From Diplonema japonicum (taxonomy: Eukaryota > Protista > Euglenozoa: Diplonemea): a stretch of 64,000 nt of DNA. The stretch covers positions 248,001 to 312,000 of the forward strand of contig OZ025734.1 in assembly GCA_964019335.1 (NCBI GenBank). Reading direction: 5' to 3'. This document shows positions 10,356-21,158 of the stretch, in pieces; the first letter of the stretch is position 1; the number at the start of each line of letters is the position of its first letter. The notes beneath the pieces are model-generated. The model searched no databases, was not told where the DNA came from, and worked only from the letters and a program-made list of their open reading frames with translations. The translations under genes and the position numbers were made by a program.

Positions 10356-11476
10356 CATTCAGTATTTTTCTTTTCTCTTGGTTTTCCCTGGCTACCGTTG
10401 CTGCTACTACTGGTGCTGCTCCCGCTGGCACTGCTCCCAGGGGACTTCTTTTTCTTGATTCGCGTCAGTTTCACCTTCAAATCCTCCTTGATAGCACGAA
10501 TGACAGAGACCTCAAACCCGGGAGCCGCAGGATCAAACATCGCATCCTTACCCTCCTCCACCGGCCGAGGCGGCTTGAAAGAGGGTGTTGTTAACAGCTT
10601 CATCGGAGGCAGTGAAGAGGCTGGAGGGCCATTTGAACGCCCACGGAAAGGCTTCATGATCCTGCCGGAAAAGGTAAAATGTATAGTGTCATGAGGGGAC
10701 TGTAAAACCAAATCGTGAACCTGCTTGGGGGACGTTACAAGTTTCCCGTCAACTTCTGCAAGATAACACCCTGAAGTGACACCAGCTTCGGCACAAATAC
10801 TGCTGTCGTCCACCGAGCTCACTTCGAGAGACGATCGGAGAAATGTGACTCCGAGTTCAGAAAATCTTTTATCAACACCTACAGAAACTATTTTAAACCC
10901 ATCGGGCGAGAACGGGATGGCTGTTTCCAGGGTATTATTTGTCTCAAGATATTTTCTTTCGATCTCCTGGCTGTCCTCATGGATCTCAACACGGGGCGAC
11001 AGCATTTTAATCAGTGCAGACAGCGATTCAGCAGAGGGTGTAATTATATTCCTTAAGTCATCAAGAATCTCAAGGTAGAACACGGGTTCCAGAAAGACCC
11101 TTGACCGCTGTGTGTAAACTCGTGAGATTGTCTCCAAAGGAGTGGAGGTTGTCTGTCTTCCAGAGAAGTCTGTTGTTACAACCTCGTGTTTATTGTTTAC
11201 TATGAGCATGCATTTTCTGGGGCCTTTGTCTGTGGTGTGTGATCCGATGGTGACCACCCAGCAGCCTAGGATGCCGTGTGCTTCTTTGTTAGCCAGCATG
11301 CTTGTGAGATACGGGTTGTACTGGATAGGGGCCATTGTGCGGCCGTCTCGCATCACGACAACCTTCTTGTCTTCCTTCTTCACCTTTGCTTTTTTAAGAG
11401 ACGATTTTGCCGGGACGCCTTCGCCACCTACAACTACCTTTACAACTGCACCGTCTTTGCTGCTTTGGGTCCCCAT
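10355..11476 (-). CDS. Hypothetical protein with a PDZ-like domain
   Basis: Intact ORF from ATG 11476; LGVTF...LEVSSVDDSSICAEAGVTSGCYLAEVDG resembles PDZ. Confidence 0.7.
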
Positions 11477-11681
11477 CACATGTTTTTTTTTTTTTTTTTT
11501 TTTTTTGTTAATTTCTTATCGGTGTTCTGTTTTTTTTTTGTCGCTTGGTAAAAAAAAAGGGGGGGGAGTGGGGAATACAAAAAGATTTTAATTTAAAGTT
11601 CACACAAAAATGAAAAACTCGGGGGTCAACGTGTAAATTTATTTTCCATTTTTCTTTTTTTTTTCTTTTTTTTTTCTCTTT

Positions 11682-12188
11682 TCACTCCTCCCACCATATT
11701 GGGGACGACTTTCGTGAACTGCTGTATAAATCACCCAGGTACATATCGGCCAGCTCGTTTTTGAGGAAACCCATCCCGTAGTGTACAGGGTACGAATCAA
11801 AGACCTTTGTACCATCTCCCCCCGCTACCTGTGAGATAGTGGCACGCCCCCCTGGGTGGGCTGACAGCCATTGTGTGACATCGTAGACCTTGCTGTTAAG
11901 GATGACCCACGCATCATTGCTGCACCTGTGCATGGACACCTCTTGGGGAGTAAGCATCTGAGTGTGTGCAGTGCAGTACCGCACTGGGAAGGCGGGCTCC
12001 ATGTCTTTCTCTTCTTCCGTACCCGCTTCTTGTTCTTCATTTGCGGCGGTCTCACCTGCAACCACCCTGTCCGCATCCTTCAGGACCCCCAGCTTAGTCA
12101 GCACCCTCTCGGCCGCAAGAACCCCGATTATGATTACCAGCAACCTGTTCTCTTCAAAATATTCCATCATGGTGTCCATTGTGTCCAT
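11682..12188 (-). CDS. Cytochrome b5-like heme-binding protein with N-terminal membrane anchor
   Basis: DAWVILNSKVYDVTQWLSAHPGG...GGDGTKVF..H...LG signature; hydrophobic LLVIIIGVLAA. Confidence 0.9.
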   Translation of the reverse strand: MDTMDTMMEYFEENRLLVIIIGVLAAERVLTKLGVLKDADRVVAGETAANEEQEAGTEEEKDMEPAFPVRYCTAHTQMLTPQEVSMHRCSNDAWVILNSKVYDVTQWLSAHPGGRATISQVAGGDGTKVFDSYPVHYGMGFLKNELADMYLGDLYSSSRKSSPIWWEE

Positions 12189-12294
12189 TGTGTATGTAGC
12201 TGTATTTTTGTTAATTTAATGGTATTTCTATTTTTTTTTTTTTTTTTTTTTTTCTCTTTTTTTTTTTCCCCCAAAGAGCAGCGCATTGGGGAGG

Positions 12295-12386
12295 GGTGTC
12301 AGCAGGCAATAAGAACATTCGCATTGCAGGCTTGCTGCTCAGAAGTCTAACACGTGATTGAGGTTGCCGTGTGGTCATCATGCAGA
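12295..12386 (-). ncRNA. Box C/D snoRNA type 1 (predicted LSU Cm guide, snR58/SNORD104 site)
   Basis: C box ATGATGA (12381-12375), internal D' CTGA preceded by CACGTGTTAGACT, terminal D CTGA (12302-12299). Confidence 0.85.
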
Positions 12387-12461
12387 GGGGGTCGCAGAAG
12401 ATGGTCAAAGCTGGGGGACCTCACCTCGTGACGAAGAGTTCTCATCGTCCTTCGAAATGTC

Positions 12462-12537
12462 ATATCTGACACAAGCGCGAAGACCTAACGCTGCACAGGT
12501 GTCTGTCGCAGCAACGAAAGGCGCTTAAGCTGTGTGG
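12462..12537 (-). ncRNA. Single-hairpin AGA-box (H/ACA-like) RNA type 1
   Basis: acaca/tgtgt lower stem, pocket, upper stem, AGA about 15 nt below the upper stem; five conserved copies in the window. Confidence 0.65.
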
Positions 12538-12554
12538 GCCGTCTCTTTTAGGAT

Positions 12555-12624
12555 TCATCTCAGAGAGGACAAGTCACGGTGCACTCCGCAAAGGGGTCAT
12601 CAGAGGCCGTGTGCAAAACTCTTA
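12555..12624 (-). ncRNA. Single-hairpin AGA-box (H/ACA-like) RNA type 2
   Basis: agag/ctct lower stem, pocket ttttgca/acttgtc, cacgg/ccgtg upper stem, AGA 14 nt below; eight copies. Confidence 0.75.
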
Positions 12625-12660
12625 TGATTTTATTTCCTATTTGGGTTTTTTTTTTTTCTT

Positions 12661-12770
12661 TTGTTCAGAAGGAATCCAACTTTTTCAAAAATATCGATCT
12701 CAGCTGGAAAAGGAGAACCCTTTCCATCGAGTGGTTAATTAAACATGTATTTTGAACGATCATCATTGCA
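12661..12770 (-). ncRNA. Box C/D snoRNA type 2 (predicted LSU guide)
   Basis: ATGATGA ... CTGA ... AGTTGGATTCCTT-CTGA; guide antisense to LSU GGAAUCCAACU. Confidence 0.85.
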
Positions 12771-12775
12771 ACACA

Positions 12776-12809
<34 letters not shown>

Positions 12810-12940
12810 AAAATCCACATCAAGTAGTAAAAATAAAAAAAAGAAAGAAAGCATAAGAAGATTTAAAAAAGTCGATGTCACATGCCACTCGCCACCACAA
12901 TAAAAAAAAACCCACGACCACGACCACCCCCACCACCTAT

Positions 12941-12984
12941 CTACTTCTTCTTAGCGATGACCTTCTCAGTGGTCTTGGTGACCT
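12941..12984 (-). pseudogene. EFL C-terminal fragment (KVTKTTEKVIAKKK*)
   Basis: Identical to the last codons of EFL at 53668-53711; a second fragment lies at about 56415-56460. Confidence 0.8.
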
Positions 12985-13766
12985 TATGAAAAAATAAATT
13001 AGATCTGTTGATGAGGAAAAAGAAGAGAAAACATATGAGATAAAGCAGGCCCGGGTGTCGTCCTGCTGAATAACGTGGCAAGTAATTCCTTGGTAAACGT
13101 TCTTCTTCTTTCAATCGATTGTTATATGTACTTATAAAATGTAAAATATAGCGCGCATTCGACGACACTGATCAAGCGACTGGCACCTTCCGAAGAAGGG
13201 CCTCCCACGTCCGCCGGGTTGAGCAGAGGATGCCCCGGGGCGGCCGTTCCAGTCTGATCATGTCGCACTATAATATATGTTCTCATCTCCAAGGACAAAT
13301 GAGGTTTTTTGCCTCGTAGCTCGCCGGGCCAGCACTCTTACTTGCGTAAGGTCTTCGTGGTTCTTGGGGGGTGGCGCTGTCCCACATTATGCCACTGCAG
13401 CGTGGTGAAGAAAAGCCAGTCAGTGGCCACGAAGTAGTGATCCTTCAAGGCTCTCATATCTCCGTGCCGCGTGAACTGCTGCCGTCTCTCGACGTCCCCC
13501 TTCGCCTTCCAGCCTTCCGAGTCATACCTGGCCATGATCCACGTCTTGTCAAAGTCCAGGATGAGGGCGAACCGGACAAACTTCATGTGAATCCCGAGTT
13601 CCTTAGCGGTTTTAGGCTCTTCGCCGAGCACGTGTTTGCAGACCCGTATCATGGCTTCTGGCGTCCACTCCCCTTCCGCTTCGACGATCCCGGCCGTCGC
13701 CAGTTTCGTGTGGGAGAGCTTATCTTCCAGACCCGCTCGATGTTCTTCAGCCAGGGCGTCGGTTCC

Positions 13767-13830
13767 CCGACCGTCGGTTCGCCCGACCGTCGGTTCGCCC
13801 GACCGTCGGTTCGCCCGACCGTCGGTTCGC
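13767..13830. repeat. 4 x 16-bp tandem repeat ccgaccgtcggttcgc
   Basis: Directly visible; each unit contains the palindrome ccgac-c-gtcgg. Confidence 0.95.
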
Positions 13831-14959
13831 CCTGAGGAGGTCCAAGCGGTCTTTCTTCTTTGCGGGCTCCGCTTGTCCGTCGCACAACTGCCCGCGCTTC
13901 GCGCTCTTGGACCGCCATTTGACGAGCAGAGGTGGCTCTGGTGCACGATCTGTGCTGGTCCTTACCAGCTTGGTGTCGTGGCCAAGGTACACGTCCGGGC
14001 ATGCGCCTCCCTTTCGCTTCTTCTTGTGGTGGCTTGCGAGGGGCGGGGCCGGGGCTGGGGCTGAGTGTGGGGCCAGGGCTTCGTCGCCGTCGTGGGCAGT
14101 GAGGCATGCCAGTTCCAGCTCCTCCATCCGTGGCGCAGGTTCCGCCGTTTCCGATGGCGGGGTCGAGGTCGGGGCAGAGACTTTGTCGCCGTCGTCGCCA
14201 GTCAGGTCTATGACCACCCTTTCATTTCCCTGTGCCTCCTGTGGTGTAGGCTCTGTTTTTATCGATGTCGGGGTCGAGATTGGGGCAGAGGCCACGTCGT
14301 CGTCGCCGGTCAGGTCTATGACCACCTTCAGATTTCTCTGTGCCTCATCGGTCCCCCGTGGGGCAGGTCTCGCTGATTGAGGATGGGGGTCGTCGTCTGT
14401 TTGCGTCGACTCTGTGGGTGGTGGCTCCAGCATGTACATGTCCCCCTGTGGGGGAGGAGGAGGTTCCGTCGCAGCAGTCAAATCCGCGGGTGGCTCCAGC
14501 ATGTACATGTCTCTGCTGTGCTGTGTCAGCTCCGGCATGTACAGGTCGTCTGTAGCCGACAGACCGGCCAGGGGTGAGAATCGTTCTGGGGTGCGAGGGA
14601 AACACGCGGTCGTTGCGCTGTGTGAGCGTCTCGGTTGTGATCCGGGGCTTGACGTGCTACCTCTCGTGATGCCCCCACGACCTCGTTGGTGCCCCGGGAC
14701 ATCGGTCCACAGCAGACTCTGATGGACAGTCGTCGTTGTCCGCGTAAAAGAAGAAGCAGAAAAAGAAGGAGGAGAAGTAGAAGTGCCCCGTCCTGACGCA
14801 GTCCTGCTACTGCTTTGCATCTGTCGTTGCGACATCGTCGTCAGAGCTAACGGCACCCAGGGCTCCGCTGTCGTCAAGAGGGGTGGTGGGGCGACCGCCT
14901 CCGTTGAGGGCTCGGGTTGCACCCATGTCGTCGATCCATGCTGCCCCAGAGGTTCAGAC

Positions 14960-16140
14960 AGGTCCATCTGCACGGGGACTGGGTCTGTAACGGGGAGGGC
15001 ATCAGCTTCGGGTAACGGGTCCGAGGCGAGGACCGGGTCAGACGCGGGGACCGGGTCTCTGGTGGAGGCTGCGCCTGATGTAGGAACCGGGTCTGCGGAG
15101 GGAATCGGACTAGAAGCGTGGACCGGGCCTGTGGTGGGGACTGCGTCCGTGACAGAGATCGGGCCAGGCGAACTGACTAGGTCCGTGGCGTAGACTGGGC
15201 CAGTTGTGGGCACTGGGTCGTCATGGACTATCGAGACCGGGCCAGATGCGGGGACCGGATCCGTGACGGGGACCGGGTCAGCGATCGGGCTATTTGCGGG
15301 GACCGGGTCAGCGACTGGGCTGGCTGCGGGGACCGGGTCTGTGATGGGGGCCGTGTCTCCAACCGGGTTGGTTGTGGGGGCCGGGTCCGTGACAGGGACC
15401 GGGTTAGCTGCGGGGACCGGGTCTGTGACGGGGACCGGGTCAGCGACTGGGCTGGTTGCGGGGACTGGATCTGTGGCAGGGGCCGTGTCTGCGACCGGGT
15501 TAGCCGTGGAGACCGGGTCTGTGGTGCGGACCGGGTCAACGACCAAACTGGTTTCGGGGATCGCGTCTGTGATGTGGGTCGTGTCTGCGACCGGGCCAGA
15601 TGTGGGGACCGGGTCTGTGACGGGGACCGGGTCAGCGACTGGGCTGGTTGCGGGGACTGGATCTGTGGCAGGGGCCGTGTCTGCGACCGGGTCTGTGGTG
15701 AGGACCGGGTCAGCGACTGGGTTACTTGCAGGGACCGGGTCAACGATGTGATGTAGGTCGTGTCTGCGACCGGGCCAGATGCGGGGACCGGGTCCGTGAC
15801 GGGGACCGGGTCTGCGACGGGGGCCGTGTCTGTGACTGGGTTAGCTCGGGTCGGGTCCGTGACGAGGGCCGGGTCCGTGATCGGGCTAGCTGCGGTAACT
15901 GGGTCTGTGATGAGGACCGGGTCAGCGATTGGGCTAGTCGCGGGGACCGGGTTCGTGACGGGGGCCGTGTTCGCGACCGGTTTAGTCGCGGGGACCGAGT
16001 CCGCGACCGGATTAGCCGTTGGGGCCGGGTCCATGACGGAGACCGGGCCAGATGTATGGACCGGGTCTGCAACGGGGGTCGGGTCAATGCTGTGGAACGG
16101 ATTAGCGTCTGAGTCCGGACCAGGTGAAGGGACCGGGTCA
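14960..16140. repeat. Coding minisatellite, about 18-bp unit (gggaccgggtc...; encodes PVTDPV/PAASPV)
   Basis: Degenerate 6-codon periodicity throughout. Confidence 0.9.
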
Positions 16141-18682
16141 TCATTGGGGGTGAGGCTAGCTGCAGGGGTCTGGCTCAAACAGGGGCCTGAAACCGGTGGC
16201 ATTACCTCGTCCTGCGCTCCCTTGATGCAAGCGTGGACGTCGAACGCTTTTGGTCTGCCGCCGTTCTGCTCCCTTATGGTCCTTGCTCTGGCCCAGCTTT
16301 CTTCGGTGATACCCAGGATGTTCTGTTCGTCATACATACGTAGGACCTGCCTCAGTCCATTGACACGGTGTTCTTCCTTGTCTGTGTCCATCACGGTGTA
16401 CCACGACCTGCCGGTTTTGATGGCTGTAGTCCTGTGGCCCGTCCTGGAGCCTTTCGGCGGGCCGATTACCAGAACTGGGTACCGTCCGCTCTTGACCACG
16501 CTCTGCAGCGAGGCCTCTTCGCCAAGGATCTTTTGGCAGGCAAGGGACAGGGTATCTTGGGAGAAGTCGCCTTTCTCGTTCGGCTGGTACTCCTTCGCAT
16601 GCCCCTCGGTGTGCAGGGCGAGCTCCGAGGTACAGAGGTGGTGTTGGATTGTCTGCATCTCTGCGAACGGCATGCGTGCCAGCTCTGCGTAGTCTGCGAT
16701 CCAGTTCACCACGGCCCAACCACACTCGAGGCCTACGCGTCCTTCGCCACTTTCCTGGTGTAGCGACGTGGGGTATTCCGATGTAGGTGTCTCCATTGGT
16801 GTCGTTTCCGTTGAGGGCGGCTGTTGTGGAGGTGGTTCCTTTTGCGAGCTCGTGTCAGCGGTGGAGGTGGACTCTTGTGTTGTCTGCGTCGGTTCGGAGG
16901 GGAGGGCTGTGCTCTTTCGGGGGTCCTTACGTCCCACATACGCGAGATCCGGGTAGCATTCGTCAAGTTCGCGGCCTGCTCTGTAGTTCTTCCCTGCTTC
17001 GGTAAAGAAACTTTGGAGCTCCCCTTTCTCCCAGCCGTAGTTCTTGTTGACGCGCTCACAAAGGAACTCGTGGAATGCTCGGTTCAGGAGTTTGTGCTCG
17101 TGACCTCGATCGCGCAAACTGAAGTATGTCTTTGCAATTTGCCTCTTGAAGTCCGGTAAGCTGTTGGTGAGGCAAAGCGCTTGCTGCATCATGCCCTTCA
17201 GGATACCTGGGCCCTGTGTTGAGGGAGCTGCTGTGTGCCCGTGTGTGAAACGTGTGGGCTTGAACTTCCAGTTCGCAGCCTTGTCATAGACTGACAAGCG
17301 TACCCAGTTGTTTTTCGGCGTTTCGTGCCGTTCGGTCCTGATCCGCATGCCGATGAACGGAACGTCGTCGTCGTTGTCCGACGTCTTGGCGTAGGACATC
17401 CCGTACAGCTCTTCGGGTGGGGGGTCGTGTCCCAAACCAAAAAGTCGTCGATGTAGCGGGCAGCTGAGCATAACTCCTTGAGACGGCCCCAGTCCTTGTT
17501 CTCGATCAAGCCGTCGATGTAGTCGGCTTCGACGGAATAGCAGTATAGGTTCGCTATATCCGGAGACGCGTTGCCGCCCATCGGTATGCCCCGCACCTGG
17601 CGCAGAGCACGGCCGCCTACGCGTTGTTAACGACGAATTCGACTAGTTCCTCCACCATCGAGAGGGAGTACACTTTGTCGTCGTCTTCTGCATCCGCGAA
17701 GCTACTTCCGCTCTTGTTTATCACCAGCTCCTTCCCGGCGTGCTCGAAGGCTTCGCGGATTGCTCTGCCCAGGCCCTTTCGAAGGAGTCCCTGGTCCAGG
17801 TTGGAGTACATCGTTTTAAAGCCGTAGGTGGCGGGGACCTTCGACTTGAAAAACGTGTACCGCTGTTTGATCTCAGCCGCGACCTGCTCAGCTGATTCCA
17901 CGATCCAGAAGCGGCGTACTCCGCTGAGGCCCGGATTCACCTCCTTGCTTCGGAACTCCAGGTCCTTCTCGTGCAGGGTGCGTTGTACAGCTTTTAGGAG
18001 GCTCGAGAGCTCTTTGTGCGCTCCTGTCATCGCTGCAACCGGTCTTGCTGCGTTCGTTGGGGCGGCGGCCTTGAAGGCGTCGTCGCGCTCACCGTCGGAA
18101 CCTGCAGCTAGCAGTCGCTCCATTATGGACTGCGTTGATTGTGCTTGTGGGTTGGTGCCTTCCTCCGTCGCAGGGGGGTCTCGGGACGACACGCCAGAAA
18201 TCCACCGGAAGCCTACTTGTTCTTTGTGTAACTTGATGGCCCCGTAAAGGTATGGCATCTTCGTCGACTTGATCTTGATACCGAACGATTCAGTCTCTTC
18301 TGTGATGCTATGCCTTGTGCTCTCCATGTCTTGTACCTCTGCAAAACACTCGCCGTCGAGCTGGGCGTGGAGCAGTTGTAGGTAGTGTGCCTTGCAGACC
18401 ATGCCGATGTCGTGGACGCTTTTGTCGACTGGCAAGAACACGAAAGCCTTCTGCAACTCTTTTAGCTTTGATTTAAGCTGCTCGGGGACCTTAGGATCAA
18501 AGACGGGCTGCTGGAGCTCTTTGTTCAGAGTAGCCTCTGCTTTGGTGTGTAGAGCCCGTAGGAACGTCAATCTTTCAGACGCGAGGGCTTTCTTGAAGTG
18601 AAGGTTTACGAAGCCGACCAAGTCTTGTTCCAGGTTTTCGGAGCTCGTAGAGGTGTCTGAAATGGTTTTAAGTTAGGATGAA

Positions 18683-18888
18683 GAAGTGGAGAGGTGTGGT
18701 GCCGTTGGTGTTCCTTGCCCCAGGGTCCAGCTTGTACTCATCGATGAGGAGCCTGCTGCAGTGTGCAAAGCTGTCAAACCACGCGGACCAGTCACACTTC
18801 TGTGAACCCCGTACTTCTGAATGATTGCCTTCATGTGTTGGAGGTTGCCTGTCGCAGCAGCGGACTCCACCTCGCTAAACACTTCATT
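18683..18888 (-). pseudogene. Ankyrin gene 5' fragment fused to EFL-derived bases
   Basis: Matches the ankyrin N-terminus (NEVFSEVESAAATG...) with deletions; a similar fragment lies at about 22480-22590. Confidence 0.8.
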
Positions 18889-19098
18889 AGTCGTGCAGGC
18901 GATCGTCACACACACCAGAGTCCAGGAAAAAAGTTGTGGTTACCGTACTTGGTGAAATAAAGATTTTAGGTTTAAGGAAACGGTGGAAAAAATTTATTTG
19001 CTCACCGTGAACAGTGTTTTTCCCTTTATTTTTTATTGATTGGGGAAGGTGGCACAAGAACAGGTGGGGAAGAAATTGAAGATAATTACACTAGTTCT

Positions 19099-20775
19099 TC
19101 ACTGCCTTTCATCGTGGTCTTCGTACTTCCTTTTCAAACCCCTCTTTTCGGGAGAAGCCTCCTTGCGCCTTGCCAGAAGAAGTGCCCGAATGGACTCAAC
19201 GTTGCCCCCCACAGCCGCGTAGAACAGTGGGGTGTGCCCCTCCCCGTCCCTCACACAAGGGTCCTGCTCGTAGGAATCCAGTAGCAGCTGCATCGCCTCA
19301 GTACAGCTTTCAGCAGCCATGTGCAAAGGAATGAGCCCCCGATGGTCCCTCACACAAGGGTCCTGCTTGTACTCATCGATGAGGACCTTCACCACCTCCA
19401 AGCTGTCCCTTGCCGCCCAGTGCAAGGCTGTCTCGCCATCGTTATCCCTCATGTCAGGGTCCACTTTGCACTCATCGAGGAGGTACCTCAGCACCTCCAT
19501 GCACCCTTCACTTGCTGCATCATGAATGGCGGTGCCTCCAATGTCTGACTCGGTGCAAGGGTCAAGCTTGCACTCTTCGACAAAGTACTTCACCACATCA
19601 ACTCGGTTGTTCATTGCTGCCCTGTGCAAGGGTGTGGTGCCTGTCCTATCCCCCATCCCAGGGTCAAGTTTGCAGACTTCAGTGAGATACTTGACCACAT
19701 GCAGCTGTCCCTTCTCTGCTGCGGTGTCCATGGGTGCACAACCGTCTGTGGTGTCCCTTGCCCCAGGGTCCAGCTTGTACTCGTCGATGAGGAGCCTCAT
19801 GACCTCAACATGACCATTAATTGCTGCCACATGAAGGTAGGAGGTTCCTTCATCATCCACAAGGCTGGGGTCAAGCTTGCACTCTTCGATGAAATACCTC
19901 ATCACATCAACATGGTTCGCCATTACCGCCCAGTACAAACCTCTCCTGTTCTTTATCCCACCAGGGTCAACCTTGCAGACTTCAGTGAGATACCTGACAA
20001 CATGCAAGTGGTTGCTACACACAGCAAGGTCTATGGGTGCTATGCCTCCATTGTTTCTCAAATTGGGATCCAGCTTTAAGTCACTCACGAGCCACTCCAG
20101 TGATTGAAGCCTTCCCGCTTCCGCTGCGTGGTGGACGAGAGTTTCACCGCTGGGTTCCAAAACCGCAGGGTCTTGCTTGCACTCTTCAACAAAATGTCTC
20201 ATGACATCAACTTGGTTGTTCACTACCGCCCTGTGCAAGGGTGTGGTGCCTGTCCCATCCTTCATCCCAGGGTCAAGTTTGCAGACTTCAGTGAGATATT
20301 TGACAACATGCAGCTGTCCCTTCTCTGCTGCGATGTCCATGGGTGCGAAGCCGTCTGTGGTCCTTGAGCCAGGGTTTTGCTTGTGAACTTCGACAAGGTG
20401 CCTCACTGCCTCCAGATGACCACCCTGTGCTGCATACATAATCGGCGTGAATACCTTGTCCTGGACCGTCAGCTCCTGCTTGTAAACATTGACGAGACAG
20501 TCAATTGCCGCAAGCTTGCCATTTTCTGCAGCGAAGTGGAGAGGTGTGGTGCCGACTGTGTCCCTTGCCCCAGGGTCCTGCTTGTACTCGTCGATGAGGA
20601 GCCTCATGGCAGCGACCTGATCGTGCTTTGCTGCAGTGTGCAAAGCTGTCAAACCACACGGACCAGTCACACTTCTGTGAACCCCGTACTTCTGAATGAT
20701 TGCCTTCATGTGTTGGAGGTTGCCTGTCGCAGCAGCGGACTCCACCTCGCCAAACACTTCATTGTCCTCATCCAT
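19099..20775 (-). CDS. Ankyrin-repeat protein, copy 1 (558 aa)
   Basis: Repeated G-T(P/A)LH-AA motifs; ATG (MDEDNEV) at 20775; basic C-terminus. Confidence 0.9.
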   Translation of the reverse strand: MDEDNEVFGEVESAAATGNLQHMKAIIQKYGVHRSVTGPCGLTALHTAAKHDQVAAMRLLIDEYKQDPGARDTVGTTPLHFAAENGKLAAIDCLVNVYKQELTVQDKVFTPIMYAAQGGHLEAVRHLVEVHKQNPGSRTTDGFAPMDIAAEKGQLHVVKYLTEVCKLDPGMKDGTGTTPLHRAVVNNQVDVMRHFVEECKQDPAVLEPSGETLVHHAAEAGRLQSLEWLVSDLKLDPNLRNNGGIAPIDLAVCSNHLHVVRYLTEVCKVDPGGIKNRRGLYWAVMANHVDVMRYFIEECKLDPSLVDDEGTSYLHVAAINGHVEVMRLLIDEYKLDPGARDTTDGCAPMDTAAEKGQLHVVKYLTEVCKLDPGMGDRTGTTPLHRAAMNNRVDVVKYFVEECKLDPCTESDIGGTAIHDAASEGCMEVLRYLLDECKVDPDMRDNDGETALHWAARDSLEVVKVLIDEYKQDPCVRDHRGLIPLHMAAESCTEAMQLLLDSYEQDPCVRDGEGHTPLFYAAVGGNVESIRALLLARRKEASPEKRGLKRKYEDHDERQ

Positions 20776-21124
20776 GTTGCCTGTGCTGCTTGGGTGAAGG
20801 AGGCTGAACAATAGGTTTGAGATAGGGGAAAATGTCCAACAAGGCAACTACTGTAAAGTGAAAAATATCCGGACGGACAAACTCCATCAAGAACAGCTGG
20901 GTTTCTTGTTTTGGTAGGCACTTGCAGCATCAAGATTCTGCAAGTGGGGCCTTTAAAAACCTGAGGTGCAGTGTACAGTGGCGCTGCACAGCGGAGCAAG
21001 AAAAAAAAAGGGGGGAAGGAAAAAAATGCAAGATAAGAACACGGCACAAAAGGGTACTTCCCCATAAACCACTCCCTTTCTTTTTGTGAACCAATACATG
21101 AGCTCGTCCGGAAAAAGATTTCGT

Positions 21125-21127
<3 letters not shown>

Positions 21128-21158
<31 letters not shown>

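Larger units (their letters stand above)
13338..18621 (-). pseudogene. Disrupted polyprotein: RT - Josephin-like protease - Pro/Thr/Asp minisatellite - SIM motifs - degenerate second Josephin-like domain
   Basis: Stitched from ORFs 17617-18621, 17198-17596, 15228-17471, 13747-15546 and 13338-13946. Confidence 0.75.
13090..18682 (-). mobile_element. Penelope-like retroelement, 5'-truncated and frameshifted
   Basis: RT motifs PYLYGAIKLHK..FRWIS, TY(G)FKTMYSNL, RQVRGIPMGGNASPDIANLY, RYIDD, thumb LSVYDK; frameshifts near 17615, 17435, 15750 and 13800; 3' end defined by the solo copy at 8315. Confidence 0.85.

Noticed and set aside
12315-12324. AACATTCGCA resembling U14 domain A on the plus strand
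   Set aside because: C and D boxes are on the opposite strand; likely coincidence
13090-13335. Hammerhead ribozyme expected in Penelope termini
   Set aside because: No CUGANGA/GAAA core with flanking stems found
15206-16692. Long plus-strand ORFs over the minisatellite
   Set aside because: Stop-free by repeat composition; antisense to the element ORF
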